In this document: positions 47,901-61,249 of the stretch, piece after piece
How positions within the stretch are numbered: position 1 is the first letter of the stretch
How the letters are laid out: every line of letters begins with the position of its first letter
From: Squalus acanthias
Lineage: Eukaryota
Assembly: GCA_030390025.1 (NCBI GenBank)
Contig: CM059432.1
Coordinates: forward strand, 91,204,001 to 91,268,000
Reading direction: 5' to 3'
Length of the DNA: 64,000 bases
Position numbers and translations under genes: made by a program
The notes under the pieces: generated by a model
Databases searched by the model: none
The model's input: the letters and a program-made list of their open reading frames with translations, nothing else
Told to the model about the DNA's origin: nothing

Positions 47901-48134
47901 TTGCAGTGTGCTTTTGTTTTGGTTGTACTAAAATACGCATTTTCAGAGACCTTAAATGTATTTCAGAAAGCTTGCTCCTGGTTTCCATCCTATGACCTCT
48001 GCTCGAAAATACTTGTGCACCAATATTAGGTGAGAACAAGATCATTATGCTCACAAATTTGTAAATACATGGTAATGGGTATAGAGATTCCTGTGTGCAG
48101 TAAGAAAAGACAAATCGTAATATTTTCTTTATGT

Positions 48135-48855
48135 TGTAGAGACAAGGAGCTGTCGAGCAACAAAAGGATTTAGATGTCTAGGTACACAAATCACTAAAGG
48201 CTGGTGCACAGGTACAAAGAGTAATCAAAAAGGGTAATGGAATGTTGGTCTTTAACTCAAGGGGCCAGGAATACAAAAGTTAGGAAGTTATGCTTGGTTG
48301 TACAGAGCCTTGGTCAGACCCCATCTGGAATATTGCGTTCAGTTGTGGGCACTGCAACTCAGGAAAGATATACTGACCTTGGAGTGGGTACAGTGTAGAT
48401 TCTCCAGAATGGTACCAGGGCTTAAAGTATTAAATTATGAGGACAAGTTGTATAAATTTGGTTTGCATTCTCTTGAGTTTTGAAGGGTAATCTGAGTGAG
48501 GTGTTTAAAATGATAAAGGGATTCGATAGGGTAAATGCAGATAAACTATTTCCACTGGTGGGGGAATCCAGAAGAAGGGCGCACAATCTTAATGTTAGAG
48601 CATTTAGGAGTGAAATCAGGAAGCACTTTTCACACAAAGGGAAGTGGAAATCTGGAACTCTCCCTCAAAAGGCTGTGGATTGTGGGTCAATTGAAAATTT
48701 CCAAACTGTGATTGATCGATTTTTATTAGGTAAAGGTATCAAGGGATATGGATCAAAGGTGGGTTAAGGGAATTGAGGCACAGATCAGCTATGATCTAAT
48801 TGAATGGCGGACGAGGCTCGAGGGGCTGAATGGCCTACTCCTGTTCCTATATTTC
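48135..48855 (+). mobile_element. CR1 3' fragment
   Basis: YRALVRPHLEYCVQLW; tail gagggctgaatggcctactcctgttcctat. Confidence 0.85.
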
Positions 48856-50911
48856 TATAGCATTAGGCATTACCAGAGTAGAGCTGCTTCTTGGTGGATG
48901 ACTAGTTCAAACAAAGAGCAGGGAGGCTGCAGATTGCTGTGGGTTGGGCGGTGGGACACTAGTGCTTCTCTGTCATTCTGGATCTTCCTAGAATGGAAAG
49001 GCTGATGGGAGGACTGGGGAATAAGAATAGAGTGGGGAGTGCCTGCAGGAAAGGGGCTTCACACATCTGCTACTTTTCCAGATCCTATCAGAAACAGTGA
49101 TGGAAACGGCGATGAAACTGTGATAATAGCTTTACCACTGCTGTGTTGGGCATCCCAGTAGCACCAAAAATGGCACAGCATCCGCCTGCATTATGTGAAT
49201 GCCTCTGACTGCAGGACTTGGGATGGGATCAGAGAAGCACCCAATGGATGGGTAGAAGTCCCTTTCACCAAGGATCTGCCGCAGTTGCTGCCAGACGGGA
49301 ATTTCTATTGTTTAAATCAAGGCAAACTCCATTATGTACCAGGAGCAGGTTCATTATTTTTAATAAGATAATCATCCATTTTGTAACAATTTGACTAGTG
49401 TTAATTTTTTCATATTTTCACATTATTATATTAACATTTCACAATTTTCTATAACCTTCCAATGATATTGATGCAACATGGTATCTTGAACAGCTTTCCC
49501 TTGGTAGTACAACAGAGCTTACTTATCAAACCAGCCAATTTTAGGATTGCAGCTATACTATTACATGGGCATATATGGACAATTTAAAAGGGTGTAAGTA
49601 AAATTGGTAAGAAAATAAAAGCAAGAGGTGAGATTCCGAAAGCAGCACACACACTGCAAAACAGGTGAGATGGATTAAAGGATCAGTGCAATGTCAATGA
49701 TGGACATGCCCCAATTGTTATTTAAATTATAATTAAACCCATTCCTGGAGGATTAGAATTAAAGCATTAGATAAATGATCAGGAGTATACATTCTTCAAA
49801 GGCTTGGAGTTGGGAGTCCCAACCCAGTGATATTTTCACTAATTGCCACCATTTATTATTCTTTTACGATATATACTCAAGCTTTAATATATCTCTCTCA
49901 TATCTATAATAAACACAACTGTAGCTTGTGATTAGTTATGAAAATGTAATTATTAAAATAAATATATGTTATCTACCATTGCCTAATAATTACTGCAAAT
50001 TCTATTGTATATTTGGGATTGAGTCTCCTCTGGCAGAGACTGAGATTAATTAAAAAAATTCTGAAGTAATTGCATTTGGGACTGGGGTTAAACACAATAT
50101 GGGAGATTAAGATTGGGATAACTTTGTGGAAAACTGGGAGCCTCATCAAACTGGGGCTCCTGTGCTTGATTCAGAAAAAAATGAGAAATTGGGACATTAT
50201 CAAACTTATTATTTTTGAGGAGTTCATGGTTATTGCAACTAAGCATATGTGTCTAGGTGAGTTAAACATGTGTTTTTTTAAAGTACAGAACATTACAGGC
50301 AAGGAATTAGTGTTGTTGATGTTATTGTATGCATACTTAACGCACTTGTATCAAATCCTTTTCTCTGCTGTTTTAAAATAAACTGGTTAATTCCTCTATT
50401 GAAATAGTGACGAGAGGAATTCAATAAGAGTGTGCTAAGTGTCCATAGAATAACATTGTTGACAGAACACTGATAGCTCTATGATTATTTAAGTAGGAAT
50501 GTAAGTCGATTTCAAGCCTGGAAGGACCCACTGTTACAGTGGTCCTGTCCAACTGTGTGTAACGTGTAGATTTGTAGTTCTGTAACTGAAGTGGATAACA
50601 GCCATAATATCTCAAATCCTTAAATTTGTTTGACTTTCACAGTAATAAACTCAACTGAATTTCAGGCTACTCTAATGCTGGCAGCAGAGAGAGTAATGAA
50701 TAAAAAGTCTACTATTGAGTTGTATTAGTTGCCCTACTGTGGATATAATTTAAGCGCACAGACTATATGCAACTACGCATTATTTTCTACCCTTCAGGGA
50801 ATTTCTTAGCTGTTCCAAAGATTGCCCCTGAATTCCTGCCATTTTGAGCTTAACTGGAAGCCTATCATGCACAACGTTCTTAAATGCTTTTCGGTAGTCT
50901 AGGTACACCAT

Positions 50912-51684
50912 GGGGGCGATTTTGCCAGCCCTGGGGAGGCGGGTATGGAGGCGGGACTGCCGGGAAAATGGCAGAATTTGGGGTGGGTGCCCAACCCGCC
51001 TCCATGCCATCTTGCCAGGAGGTGGGTAGCCATTAACAGGTAGTTAACAGGCAGAAAATAGGATTATCCCCTTTTTGCCCTCACAAGTGCGGGCTTCCCG
51101 AAGGCTCCAAAACCCACCAGCTCAGTGAGGTGAGTACTGGGTCTGCGGGGGTCGGGGGGTTGCAAAAGTATGCTGTGAAGCTAAGTGATGGCTGCAAGAG
51201 TGAAGAGGTGAGTACCTGAGGTAAGTGCAAAGTGTTAGTAAAAGTGTACTTACCTTTGTTTCTTCCTGCAGGCTTCAGTCGGTGTCTATGCAGAGAGTCT
51301 CAGACCTCTGTGTTGCAGATGAGAGATGGCCGTTGCATTCTCAGATGCAACAACCATCTCATTTCTGTAAAAGAAAGAAGTTTGATGAGGTCTTGAATTC
51401 AAGACCTCATCAAACTACAGAGAATGTCACTGTGTGACAGCTTCACAGAGCTTTCAAACAATGACAATTCATCTGTCAAAAATTTTTGACAGATGAAACG
51501 TCATACATTGACATTCTCTGCAACCGGCTTTCCCTTAATTGGCCTGCTAAGCCTGCTGGGCAGGCGTAACAAGGTCAATCAAGGGAAAATAGCGTGGGTT
51601 GGCCACAAATCGATGGAGGCGGGACATCGACCTGCCAAGCAGCAGTCCCACCTCCAACGCGCCCCCATTAACAAAATCGCCCCC
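50912..51684. mobile_element. Non-autonomous Harbinger-like element, family A, complete copy
   Basis: TIRs gggggcgattttg / caaaatcgccccc, apparent CAT TSD, inserted at a CR1 RT fragment (VYLDYRKAF on minus strand). Confidence 0.88.
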
Positions 51685-51978
51685 ATAGTCTTTGCACTTT
51701 TCATAGTTTACTTCAGATCAGCCATGATCTTATTAAATGGCGGAGCAGGCTCGAGGGGCTGAATGGCCTACTCCTGCTCCTATTTCTTATGTTCTTATGT
51801 TTCTTATGTTCTTAAATGTCACATCTTCAGAAACGTCAAGAAGGTTGGTCGGGAAGGACCATCCCCTTCTGAATCCCTGTTGGCTGCTGTTTCCTAGATT
51901 ATTGTCATTTATCCCCGAAGATTTATTAATTTTCAACGTCCTTAGCCTGTGTAGGACTTCTATCTCATTTATGTCAGT

Positions 51979-52525
51979 CAACAACAACAACAACAACTTG
52001 CATTTATATAGTGCCTTTAAGGCACTTCACAGGAGCGTCATCAAACAAAATTTGACACCGAGCCACATAAGGAGATAATAGGACAGATGACCAAAAGCTT
52101 GGTCAAAGCGGTAGGTTTTAAGGAGTGCCTAAAAGGAGGAGAGAGAGGTAGAGAGGCAGAGAGGTTTAGGGAGGGAATTCCAGAGCTTAGGGCCCAGGCA
52201 GCTGAAGGCACGGCCACCGATGGGAGAGCAATTAAAATCGTGGGTGCACAAGATGCCAAAATTGGAGGAGCGCAGGGATCTCAGACGGTTGTGGGGCTGG
52301 AGGAGGTGACAGAGATAGGGAGGGACAAGGCCATGGACAGATTTGAAAACAAGCATGAGAATTTTAAAATTGAGGCGTTGCCAGACCGGGAGCCAATGTA
52401 GGTCAACGAGCACAGGGATGCTGGGTGAAGGGGACTTAGTGCGAGTTACGACACAGGCAGCAGAGTTTTGGATGAGCTCAAGTTTATGGAGGGTGGAAGA
52501 TGGGAGGCCAGCCAAGAGAGCGTAA
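51979..52525 (-). mobile_element. L2 LINE 3' end
   Basis: LELIQNSAA...LHWLPV.QR..FKIL...GGRAFS...LWNSLP; (ttg)n tail. Confidence 0.9.
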
Positions 52526-52534
52526 CAAAGGCAT

Positions 52535-53168
52535 GCAATCTCTGTGGCGAGAAGTTTGCCTTTTTCGATGTTCAATTGATTTCAACGCTCTGTAATGGGA
52601 ATTCCTAGTGCGATGCTAAGCAACCAATTATATTGCAGAATTCTCATAGACAGGAAACCAGGAAATGAGAAGCTGCTTTTATCCGCACTTTAAAAAAATG
52701 TTACAGTGAGCAAAATAAAGATTGGGATTTCCACATGGGGATAAGGTGGAAGCTGAAATATCATGGACAAACTTTTTTTTAAATTGTAATTTTTATCATA
52801 ATGGAGAAATTCGACTCTCCACAAATATAAAAATTAGTTTTTCAGTGCCAGAACGTTTGTTTAGCAGTCTTTAGCACTGTTAAAACCCCAGTTATACCTA
52901 TTCCAACAAAGGCTTAACATTTAATGGGATATTTAACAGTGGAAAAGCCCAAGTTTTCATCAGTTTCACTGATTACATGGATTGTCGGCTATGGGTGGGA
53001 GGTCCACAGCACAGCCAGTGTCAGAGCAGTGAATGACTGACCGCAACTCCAGGATTTCTGCGTTTAGATGTGCATGCGCTAAATCCCAAAGTTGCGGTCA
53101 GGTTCAGAGGGGTAATGATCGCGAGCTCTGTTAGTCCGCCGTCATTATCCACCGCAAATTCCTGGCCA
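52535..53168. mobile_element. Partial non-autonomous DNA element (family of 47224)
   Basis: Similarity to 47480-47660; ends gcaaattcctggcc. Confidence 0.55.
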
Positions 53169-53219
53169 AAATTTCTTCTGGTTCTGGAGTCAGCGATGAG
53201 GAGTTACCAATTTAACACT

Positions 53220-53403
53220 GAGGTAGATTTTAACTTTCATCACCAGGCAGAAAACTGGTGGTAGTGAATAGGCCGCTCATTGTACACTCCGTCCGATTTT
53301 CCTTTCCACTAAGTTAATGGAAAGGAAATTTAAGTATAACGGGCGCCTGATCTACAATGCTGAGTTTAATGCCCGCCAGTGAAAGTCAGTTAAAATCTAT
53401 CTC
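53220..53403. mobile_element. Tourist-like MITE (184 bp)
   Basis: TIRs gaggtagattttaact / agttaaaatctatctc; lies within a degenerate CR1 piece. Confidence 0.7.
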
Positions 53404-55611
53404 AATATTATCTCTGAGAGTGAGGAGACAGGTTAGGAGAAATTTCTTTTCACAGCTGGTTATTGGAGTATGGAACACTTTGTGACAGGGAGTGGCTGAG
53501 GCAGAGACCACTGCATCTTTTAAGGGATAATTGGCTAAATGTTTGAAGCAGAGGAAGATACTGTGATATGAGGAGAGAGTAGGGAAGTGGGAGGATTAGT
53601 TCTGGGTTGCTCATAACTCATTATCATGCTAAATGAATTCAGATTATTATGTTAGTCTGTTTATCTTCATGTAGATATGCTTAAGAGGATTTCTAGTTTG
53701 TTTTTTTGTCATGTAAACATGCAATTCTGTAATGTAATTTGTTTTGGAAAAAGCATTATTGCATGTCAAATTTGTCATTTTGTGATTTATATTTGAAATC
53801 AATTCAGGATATATTTACCATGGCTATTGTACTCACGCTCCCTCTTTTAAGGCCTATGCATCACATAAAAACCCTATGCAACATTATTGTCTTACACAAG
53901 TCCAGCTCATCTTTTTTTGAGAAAATGCATTTCAGAGAGGTTAGAATTTCTGAAACAAAAGCTGTGCATCATGCAAGCCTCACTGTGATCTAGCACTGAT
54001 CTAGATGCGTTCATCGAGAAAATACATGCATTATAATTTCTGAAATGTCAGTTGTGCATTAAGTATAAAATATATATAACATTAAGTCTGGTTGTGCAGC
54101 ACAGGCGAGCTAACAGGCATTTTCATAGTGGTAATGTTCAATTTACTAAGGCAATCTGGTCAGGCACAGAGTCAGTTCCCCATATATTTTGTTTTGTTGA
54201 CTTAGTAGATAAAAGGAAGATTTTGCTTGCCATCAGGTTTTTGTACTTCGGAAGTTGCTATGTATTTCCAAGAAGCTGAACTCATTGCATCACTTTTCTC
54301 AGAAAATGGTTTATCTGCGCAATGGTATGTTATATTCTGCCTCATTCCTAAAAGATCAATAGCATTTCTTTCTCAGCCATTCTGCTTTTCTACTAAATAC
54401 AAGGTTCTAGTTCAATTAAGTCTTCTTGCAATTTCCTTTTTCATTAGAGCAATCTCACAACTCTGATTAACAATATTTTGCTAGATATTCCAAGCCCCTA
54501 ACTGCAATCCAAAATGTCTCATTATGCCTGCGAGCTATAAATATAATTGTGAGCCAATATCATTTTAATTGTTTCTCTTATGTCTTTTTTAAATGATTCA
54601 GCAGTCATCAATAAGATAAGTGTTCTCATACCCTGTAGGCTTAATCTAGGGATGATGTTATAAGGCAATGTAACAGAGTTTCCGTATAATGAAACCTTAT
54701 GCAGAAGATAATGACAAAGCACTTATATCTCTCAGAAGATAAATGAAAACAGTAGATCTTCTTTCCTCGCTGTTATAACTACCATTTTGCCTCCCATTTC
54801 AATCGTAAGTCCTCGGTAAAACAGATTATTCTAAGGAGAGCATGCATGCAGTGCTCTTAATTTCACCATACATTTCCCAGTTCCTGACTGTGAATGATGA
54901 TATTAACGAACTATACAAATCTTCTTGTTCATTAACTAAATTTTAAAAGGCCAATAAATTATCCCTAATCCCACTGGATAATTGCAAATAAAGATGCCTC
55001 AGTCTTTCATACTTGCAAATCGACACTTGTAATTCTGCCAGATACTTCACAGGAATTTATTAAGCAAACAGCAGGTTGCAGTTATAGTTTACTGGTATTC
55101 AGATCCTTTGCACAAGTAATAAACAGCATCGCATAATGACATTAATTAAAGAAATAACTGCCCATTAAGGAGTTGCAGGATAGAATTACAGCATGGTGGG
55201 AACTCAAAAAATCAAAGCAATGTGTGCATTATATTTGAGCTTTACTCACAGCAGTAAGCAGCCTAATGTGAAACACATGTAATTTAACTGAGGTTTGGCC
55301 TCTAATATACATCTTCGCTAAATACAATGCTAAAAGTGTGCTGTCTTCTTCTTTAAATGTGTTTAAGTATATTCTAAGTTGTTTTCCATAAAGCTAATTT
55401 TTCCCTTATCTTCAGCGCTGACACCATTTGATTGCAGTTTCTCACAAAGGCAGTCTATTCAAAGCCAGGCTTTCAACCTTTCTGATATGATGGATGAAAC
55501 CACCTTCACCCATCAGAAATAAGTTTAAAAAATGAACCACTGACATGCTGAACTGAATTTCTGCCAAACCCACAGGTCATTGTTTGCCTATGAGATGTCA
55601 CTGGAGAAGAG

Positions 55612-56795
55612 ACAGAGAGGGTTGATGAGGGCAATGCGGTTGACGTGGTGTACATGGCTTTCCAAAAGGCGTTCGACAAAGTGCCACATAATAGGCTCGC
55701 CAGCAAAGTTGAAGACCATGGAATAAAAGGGACAGTGGCAGCATGGATACGAAATTGGCTAAGTGACAGGAAGCAGGGAGCAGTGGTGAACGGTTGTTTT
55801 TCGGACTAGAGGAAGGTATACAGTGGTGTTCCCCAAGGGTCGTTACTAGGACCACTGCTTTTCTTGATATATATTAATGACTTGGATGTGGGTGAACAGG
55901 GCACAATTTCAACATTTGCAAATGATACAAAACTTGGAAGTATAATGAACAGTGAGGAGAGTGATAGACTTCAGGAAGACATAAGCAGGCTAGTGAAATA
56001 GGTGGACACGTGGCAGATGAAATTTAACGCAAAAAAGTGTGAAGTGATACATTTTGGTAGAAAGAATGAGGAGAGGACACTTAAACTAAATGGTACAATC
56101 CTAATAGGGGTGCATGAACAGAGAGACCTGGGGGTATATGTGCACAAATCGTTGAAGGTGGTAGGGCAGGTTGAGAAAGCAGTTAAAAAGGCTTACGGGA
56201 TCCTGGGCTTCATAAATAGAGGCATAGGGTACAAAAATGTGGAAATTATGATGAACTTGTATAAAACACTAGTTTGGCTCCAACTGGAGTATTGTGTCCA
56301 ATTCTGGGCACCTCACTTTAGGAAGGATGTGAAGGCCTTCGAGAAGGTGCGGAAAAGATTGACGAGAATGATTCCAGGAATGATAGAGAAGCTGGGGTTG
56401 TTCTCCTTGGAGTAGAGAAGATTAAGAAGAGATTTGACAGAGGTGTTCAAAATCATGAGGGGTCTGGACAGAATAGATAGAGAGAAACTGTTCCCATTGG
56501 CGGAAGGGTTGAGAACCAGAGGACACGGATTTAAGGTGATTGGCAAAAGAACCAAAGGCGACGTAAGAAAAAACTTTTTTATGCAGCGAGTGGTTAGGAT
56601 CTGAAATGCACTGCCTGAAAGGGTGGTGGAGGCAGACTCAATCTTATCTTTCAAAAGGGAGTTGGATAAGTATCTGAAGGAAAAAATTTGCAGGGCTACG
56701 GAGAAAGGGCAGGGGAGTGGGACTAGCTGAGAGTCGGCACGGGTTCGACGGGTCGAATGGCCTTCTTCCATGCTGTAACCATTCTATGATTCTAT
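55612..56795 (+). mobile_element. CR1 RT-to-tail fragment (family of 4671-18790)
   Basis: WQMKFNAKKC, LEYCVQFWAPHFRKD; tail gctgtaaccattctatgattctatg. Confidence 0.92.
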
Positions 56796-57189
56796 GAAGT
56801 GAGTACTGTATAACATATTCTGCAGCAATCTGCATATGACTATATGATTTGAATGAAAAAAAGAGTAAAACAAATACAGGAGAGAATTCTTGGGCCATCT
56901 ACAAATAAATGGCATTTTAGAGCATTTAGTGTTAAAAAATAAACAGGCAAAAACTGTAGGTTTTTTTTCAAAGCTTATTATTATGATCCATGGAATGTAA
57001 TTTGATAAAACATATGCCCAGTTTTATATGAACAGAACTGAGCAGCTGTTGCCCATAAAAACAATGTTTGAACTTGTGTGGCATATTAAAGAGGCAGTAT
57101 CCTTTTAGTACTCTACATGGGCTATCTTTAGGACTACTTTCAAAAATAGAATTCTGAAAGCATAGCTATAAACATGCTGACATCTGGTG

Positions 57190-57510
57190 TGGTATTGAAC
57201 CGCACAGGCCAGAAAGGTCCCTGGTTCAAATCCTACTTTGTGGTGAGTATGTTCATCTCAGGCTGAACTAGCAGCAGGGGCTCTACAAGTGGCAACACTG
57301 GACCTACGATAAGGAGGGGAAAAGATCAGTTTTGGTCTCCACTTGTGATCACTGTCTAGCGGTGTGCTGGAAGGTGCGTGTTTTGCTGAAAAGTGAAGGA
57401 TGGATTGAGCTCGGGTTTGCTGCTCTCCATAGTTGAATAGCGCGGTGATACTCAGTGTTGTGGTTCACACATGAAGAATGGAAACTTGGATGAGGTAGTG
57501 GAGGGTTGTG
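57190..57510 (+). mobile_element. Old tRNA-derived SINE
   Basis: B-box-like ggttcaaatcc; body shared with 2500-2660 and 61070-61240. Confidence 0.5.
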
Positions 57511-60204
57511 TCACCTAGAGTAACATTGAAGTACATCATTACTTTAGGGTGCCCAGCGCAGAGTTCGGTGCACTAGCAGCGCATATTCAGAATTCGTGCT
57601 GGGAATGCTAAGAAGAAAATCCACCATGCCTGGTCTAAGTCATTGTCTTCAGGAAATGCAAGGAGGAAAACTAAGAACACTGGAAATTTTTTTAATTAAA
57701 AACATGCTCAAGTCGTTTCAATAAATAAAAGGAAATACTGTAACAAAAGGGTCAGCTAGTAAACAGGAGGCTGAGTGACTATTTAGACATCTTGATGTAG
57801 TGCTTCAGTGTGGAATGTTGATGATTACTTCAGCACATTTTAGAAGCTATTATTCAAATGTTGTTAAATTTACCAATTGGATTTTGGTTGGGAATTAGTT
57901 TCTATGGCCAATTAACTGAGAGTTTTAATGTTCCACGTTAGGTTTGTTTAGACAGAAACTATTTGAGAAATACCATGGTATGCTAACCATATAAACATGA
58001 AAGGAATGTATGTAACTGATATTTTCATGCTTTTCATTTAATTTGCATTGCAAATTTAAACATTTTAAATACCTTAGCAATGACAGAACTAAATACAAGA
58101 AATAAGTGCCGCATTTTTGTCATTGTCATTGAGTGTGCATTTGCCCAATATTTGAACCATTTGTCATTATAGCATTCACACTTCTCAGTGAGTTCACATC
58201 AGTTGACGTGGTGGCTGTAAAATCTGCCATAGCAAAGAAAGGATTCTATTGCTGAAGTGTGTTGCTGTGCAATATGGGAAAATGTGCTGAGCACACTAAA
58301 GCTGTTCAGTGTTACTTGGCACACGCATGGGTAATACAGATAGGCTGGAAAGTCCTGAGAACAGGAGCAGGAACAGGAAATGAAGAATCCTGGAGCGAAT
58401 GCTGCTGTTCTGAGAGCTCACTCAAGTTTGGGTTTCAGCCTTATTGCTTTTGGCAGATGTGTTTTTTTTCAGTTTTTATTGTTGACAGATGATGTGAGCT
58501 GTTTCTTGGGTTTTGGGGAAATGCATTTTTTTGGCAGAAATATGTTTTTGTATTGTGGGGAAGGATGGTTGGCTCAGTAGCATGTTACTTGGTAATGATA
58601 CCTCATTTAATGTACCTAGGACCCAAATGTCTCAATCCATTCCTGATTCCATCCACATTCTCCTGCTTAACTATGTGCTGTTTAGAATGGGCATGTCCAA
58701 TTCCTATTCTTAGGTGTCAGTGCTAATCCCTCTCTTCTTACATGTAGCAGGACTAACCAGTATATGTGATGCAATCATAAACTCTGCTGGTAACTGCAAA
58801 TTGCGTTTCCGGTGATTCAAATCACCGGAGGGATGTTGATTATTGACTCTGGCCTAATCAGAAGGTTTATGTGTATCTGTGAAGACCAAAATGTAAGGAA
58901 ATTAGAAAGATCACTCAATCTTCACAAATCTCAAAGATAAATAATAAGTACCATTTTATACTAAGTAATATAAATTTGTAAGAAAGAACTGGCTTTTATA
59001 TAGCTGTTATAATGGTCGTGATTTTACAAATTTCGGCGGGTCCGTGGTGGGCGACGTCGATGGCGGGTCCCGACCCCGCTGTTGTCTCCATCTTGGCCTC
59101 TGAAATGAATTTCCTTTACCAACATATCCTCCACCTCTTTCCAACCCCATTTCCTTCTGCATTTCTTTCCCCAAACTCTGTCCTGTTGAGCCTTTGCACT
59201 CGATTTGCAATGATACCTCTGAAGCGTCAAATTGCTTAACCACTCCCTTACCTTCCCCTTTGATGCCTCTGTCCCCGGCAAAACCTTCACTATCCCTCTT
59301 TCCAGCCATTGCTCCTGCTACAGCTCCAATCTTCATTCCCTCAAGCTCTAAGGACACAAACTTGAGTACATCTGTTACCTGATGTTTTCTAACAACATTA
59401 TTATTATAATTGTTCTCAGTTACACAAATAGTTTTACATTTTTAAAAGTCCCATTTCAAAAACAAAATAGGCAAGATATTCCTCAGTTACTGTGTTCCTA
59501 AAAAGCATCAAGGTTTTGAATTAAAACTGAAACCAAATTTTGATGTTCTTTTTGGTAAATAACTATCACATTTAAATATATCTTTGAGCCTCACTAATAT
59601 TGTTCCAAAAACAAATTGCCTAGATGACAGTGAGACACAGACTGAGCTCTTCATAAACTGAGAATGGTCACTACAGGGATGTAATATGGCATCATGAGAG
59701 ATAGGAAAGCACCATCTGTGCTTAATATTCCCCAAGAGGCAGAAAAGATTGATTAACTTTTTAAATAAGTAAATCACATGTTATGTAAATCAGATACACA
59801 GTGGGAAAGATACAGGAGAACACCCATATTGATGAGGAAACACATTTTAACTCGTTTATGATTTTAGCATTTATAATGTATGAGCTCTCCTGAACTTTGC
59901 AGTGGGCTCTAGTTTCTTTATTGTGTATACTTTATTTATGCTACAGGTGTGTTTTCAGGCTATGTGAAAAAATGTTGCATGGAGGATAGTGATGTTTTGT
60001 ATAACTCATCCACGAGGTTCTGTACTATAACTATAAATCTTGTGAAGTCCTGTGTTACAAACCTACTGTCCTGTGATCTTTCAGATAGTACACACAGTCG
60101 TACTGATGGAGCTGCCCACTATTAATATAAATTCAAAGCTATTGCCCTGAAGGCACAATTAAGAATGATAATTTTCATCAAAGAACTCACTAGTTATATA
60201 TTAT

Positions 60205-60610
60205 ATCAGTTTGACTCAGCTGGTAAAATTCTCCAGAAGGTTGTGGGTTCATGCCCTGCTCCAGGATTTGAGCATATAATCCAGGCAGTCAATTCAGTGC
60301 ATCTTTGATGGAGAGCTGTAATGTTTGAGGTGCTGTCTATCTGTTCAGCTGTCAGTGAAAGATCCCATAGCAAGAAGAGCATGGAGTTTTCCCAATGTCC
60401 TGACCGATATTCATCCCACACCATCAAACACAGATTAATTGGTCATTTATCTCATTTGCTGTTTGTGGCGTTGGCTGTGAACACGTTGGCTGCTGCGTCT
60501 GCCTACATAGCAACAGTGGCTACACTTCAAAAGTAATTAATTGGCTGTGAAGCACTTTGGGACATCCTGACAATGTGAAAGGTGCTAATTATACAAGTTC
60601 TTTCTTCCTT
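60205..60610 (+). mobile_element. Deu-type SINE, near full length
   Basis: tRNA-like head (gaaggttgtgggttcatgcc), aaagatcccatagc, tail cacttcaaaagtaattaattggctgtgaagcactttgggac. Confidence 0.7.
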
Positions 60611-61249
60611 TAAATACTGTTGCAGGCTGCTTGGTGGTGAATCACAGGCAATAATTGAATTCTAGATTCAGCTAACATGCAGATTGTTGAAGGTTCGTTT
60701 TGTGATTCATTACTTCATACGAAGCTCTCGGTTAGATATTTGACTTGCATTCTACTGACAGCTGGTCTCCTCTGTGTTACTCCATGGTGCTGGAATAATA
60801 TATATGAGGAGGAAGGGAGGCGGGGTGGGGGGGCGATTGGTAACATTCTGCGATGCCGTTACAGCCTCTATGTTTTGCCAGTAGCTTTTTCATGATATCA
60901 CAATGAAACAGTGTTGCCAGTAAACACAGGTAACAGCAGAAATAGTCGTCCTATACAAACAATCCTTTTTTATGTATTATAATCATATGTTATTTCGTAG
61001 TCACATTTTATCTAAATGAATCAAAAAACATTTACTTGCTCTCCCAATGGCTTTCGTTAGTCAAGACTATAGGTAGACCAGGAGATCCCAGGTTTGGTCC
61101 TCCAGATATTCTGAGTTAGTTAATCTCAATCATGTTGGCAGTTCCGTGCCTCTACATTACTGAGAGGAGAACTGGCTAGTTTACCTGCCCCATAATGCTA
61201 TTCAGCAACCCTTGCTGGAAGTGGGCATGTGTGGATGTCAATTTAGTTC

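Noticed and set aside
50070..50381. 103-aa ORF as a host exon
   Set aside because: No recognisable domain or clear splice sites; AT-rich and possibly decayed LINE.
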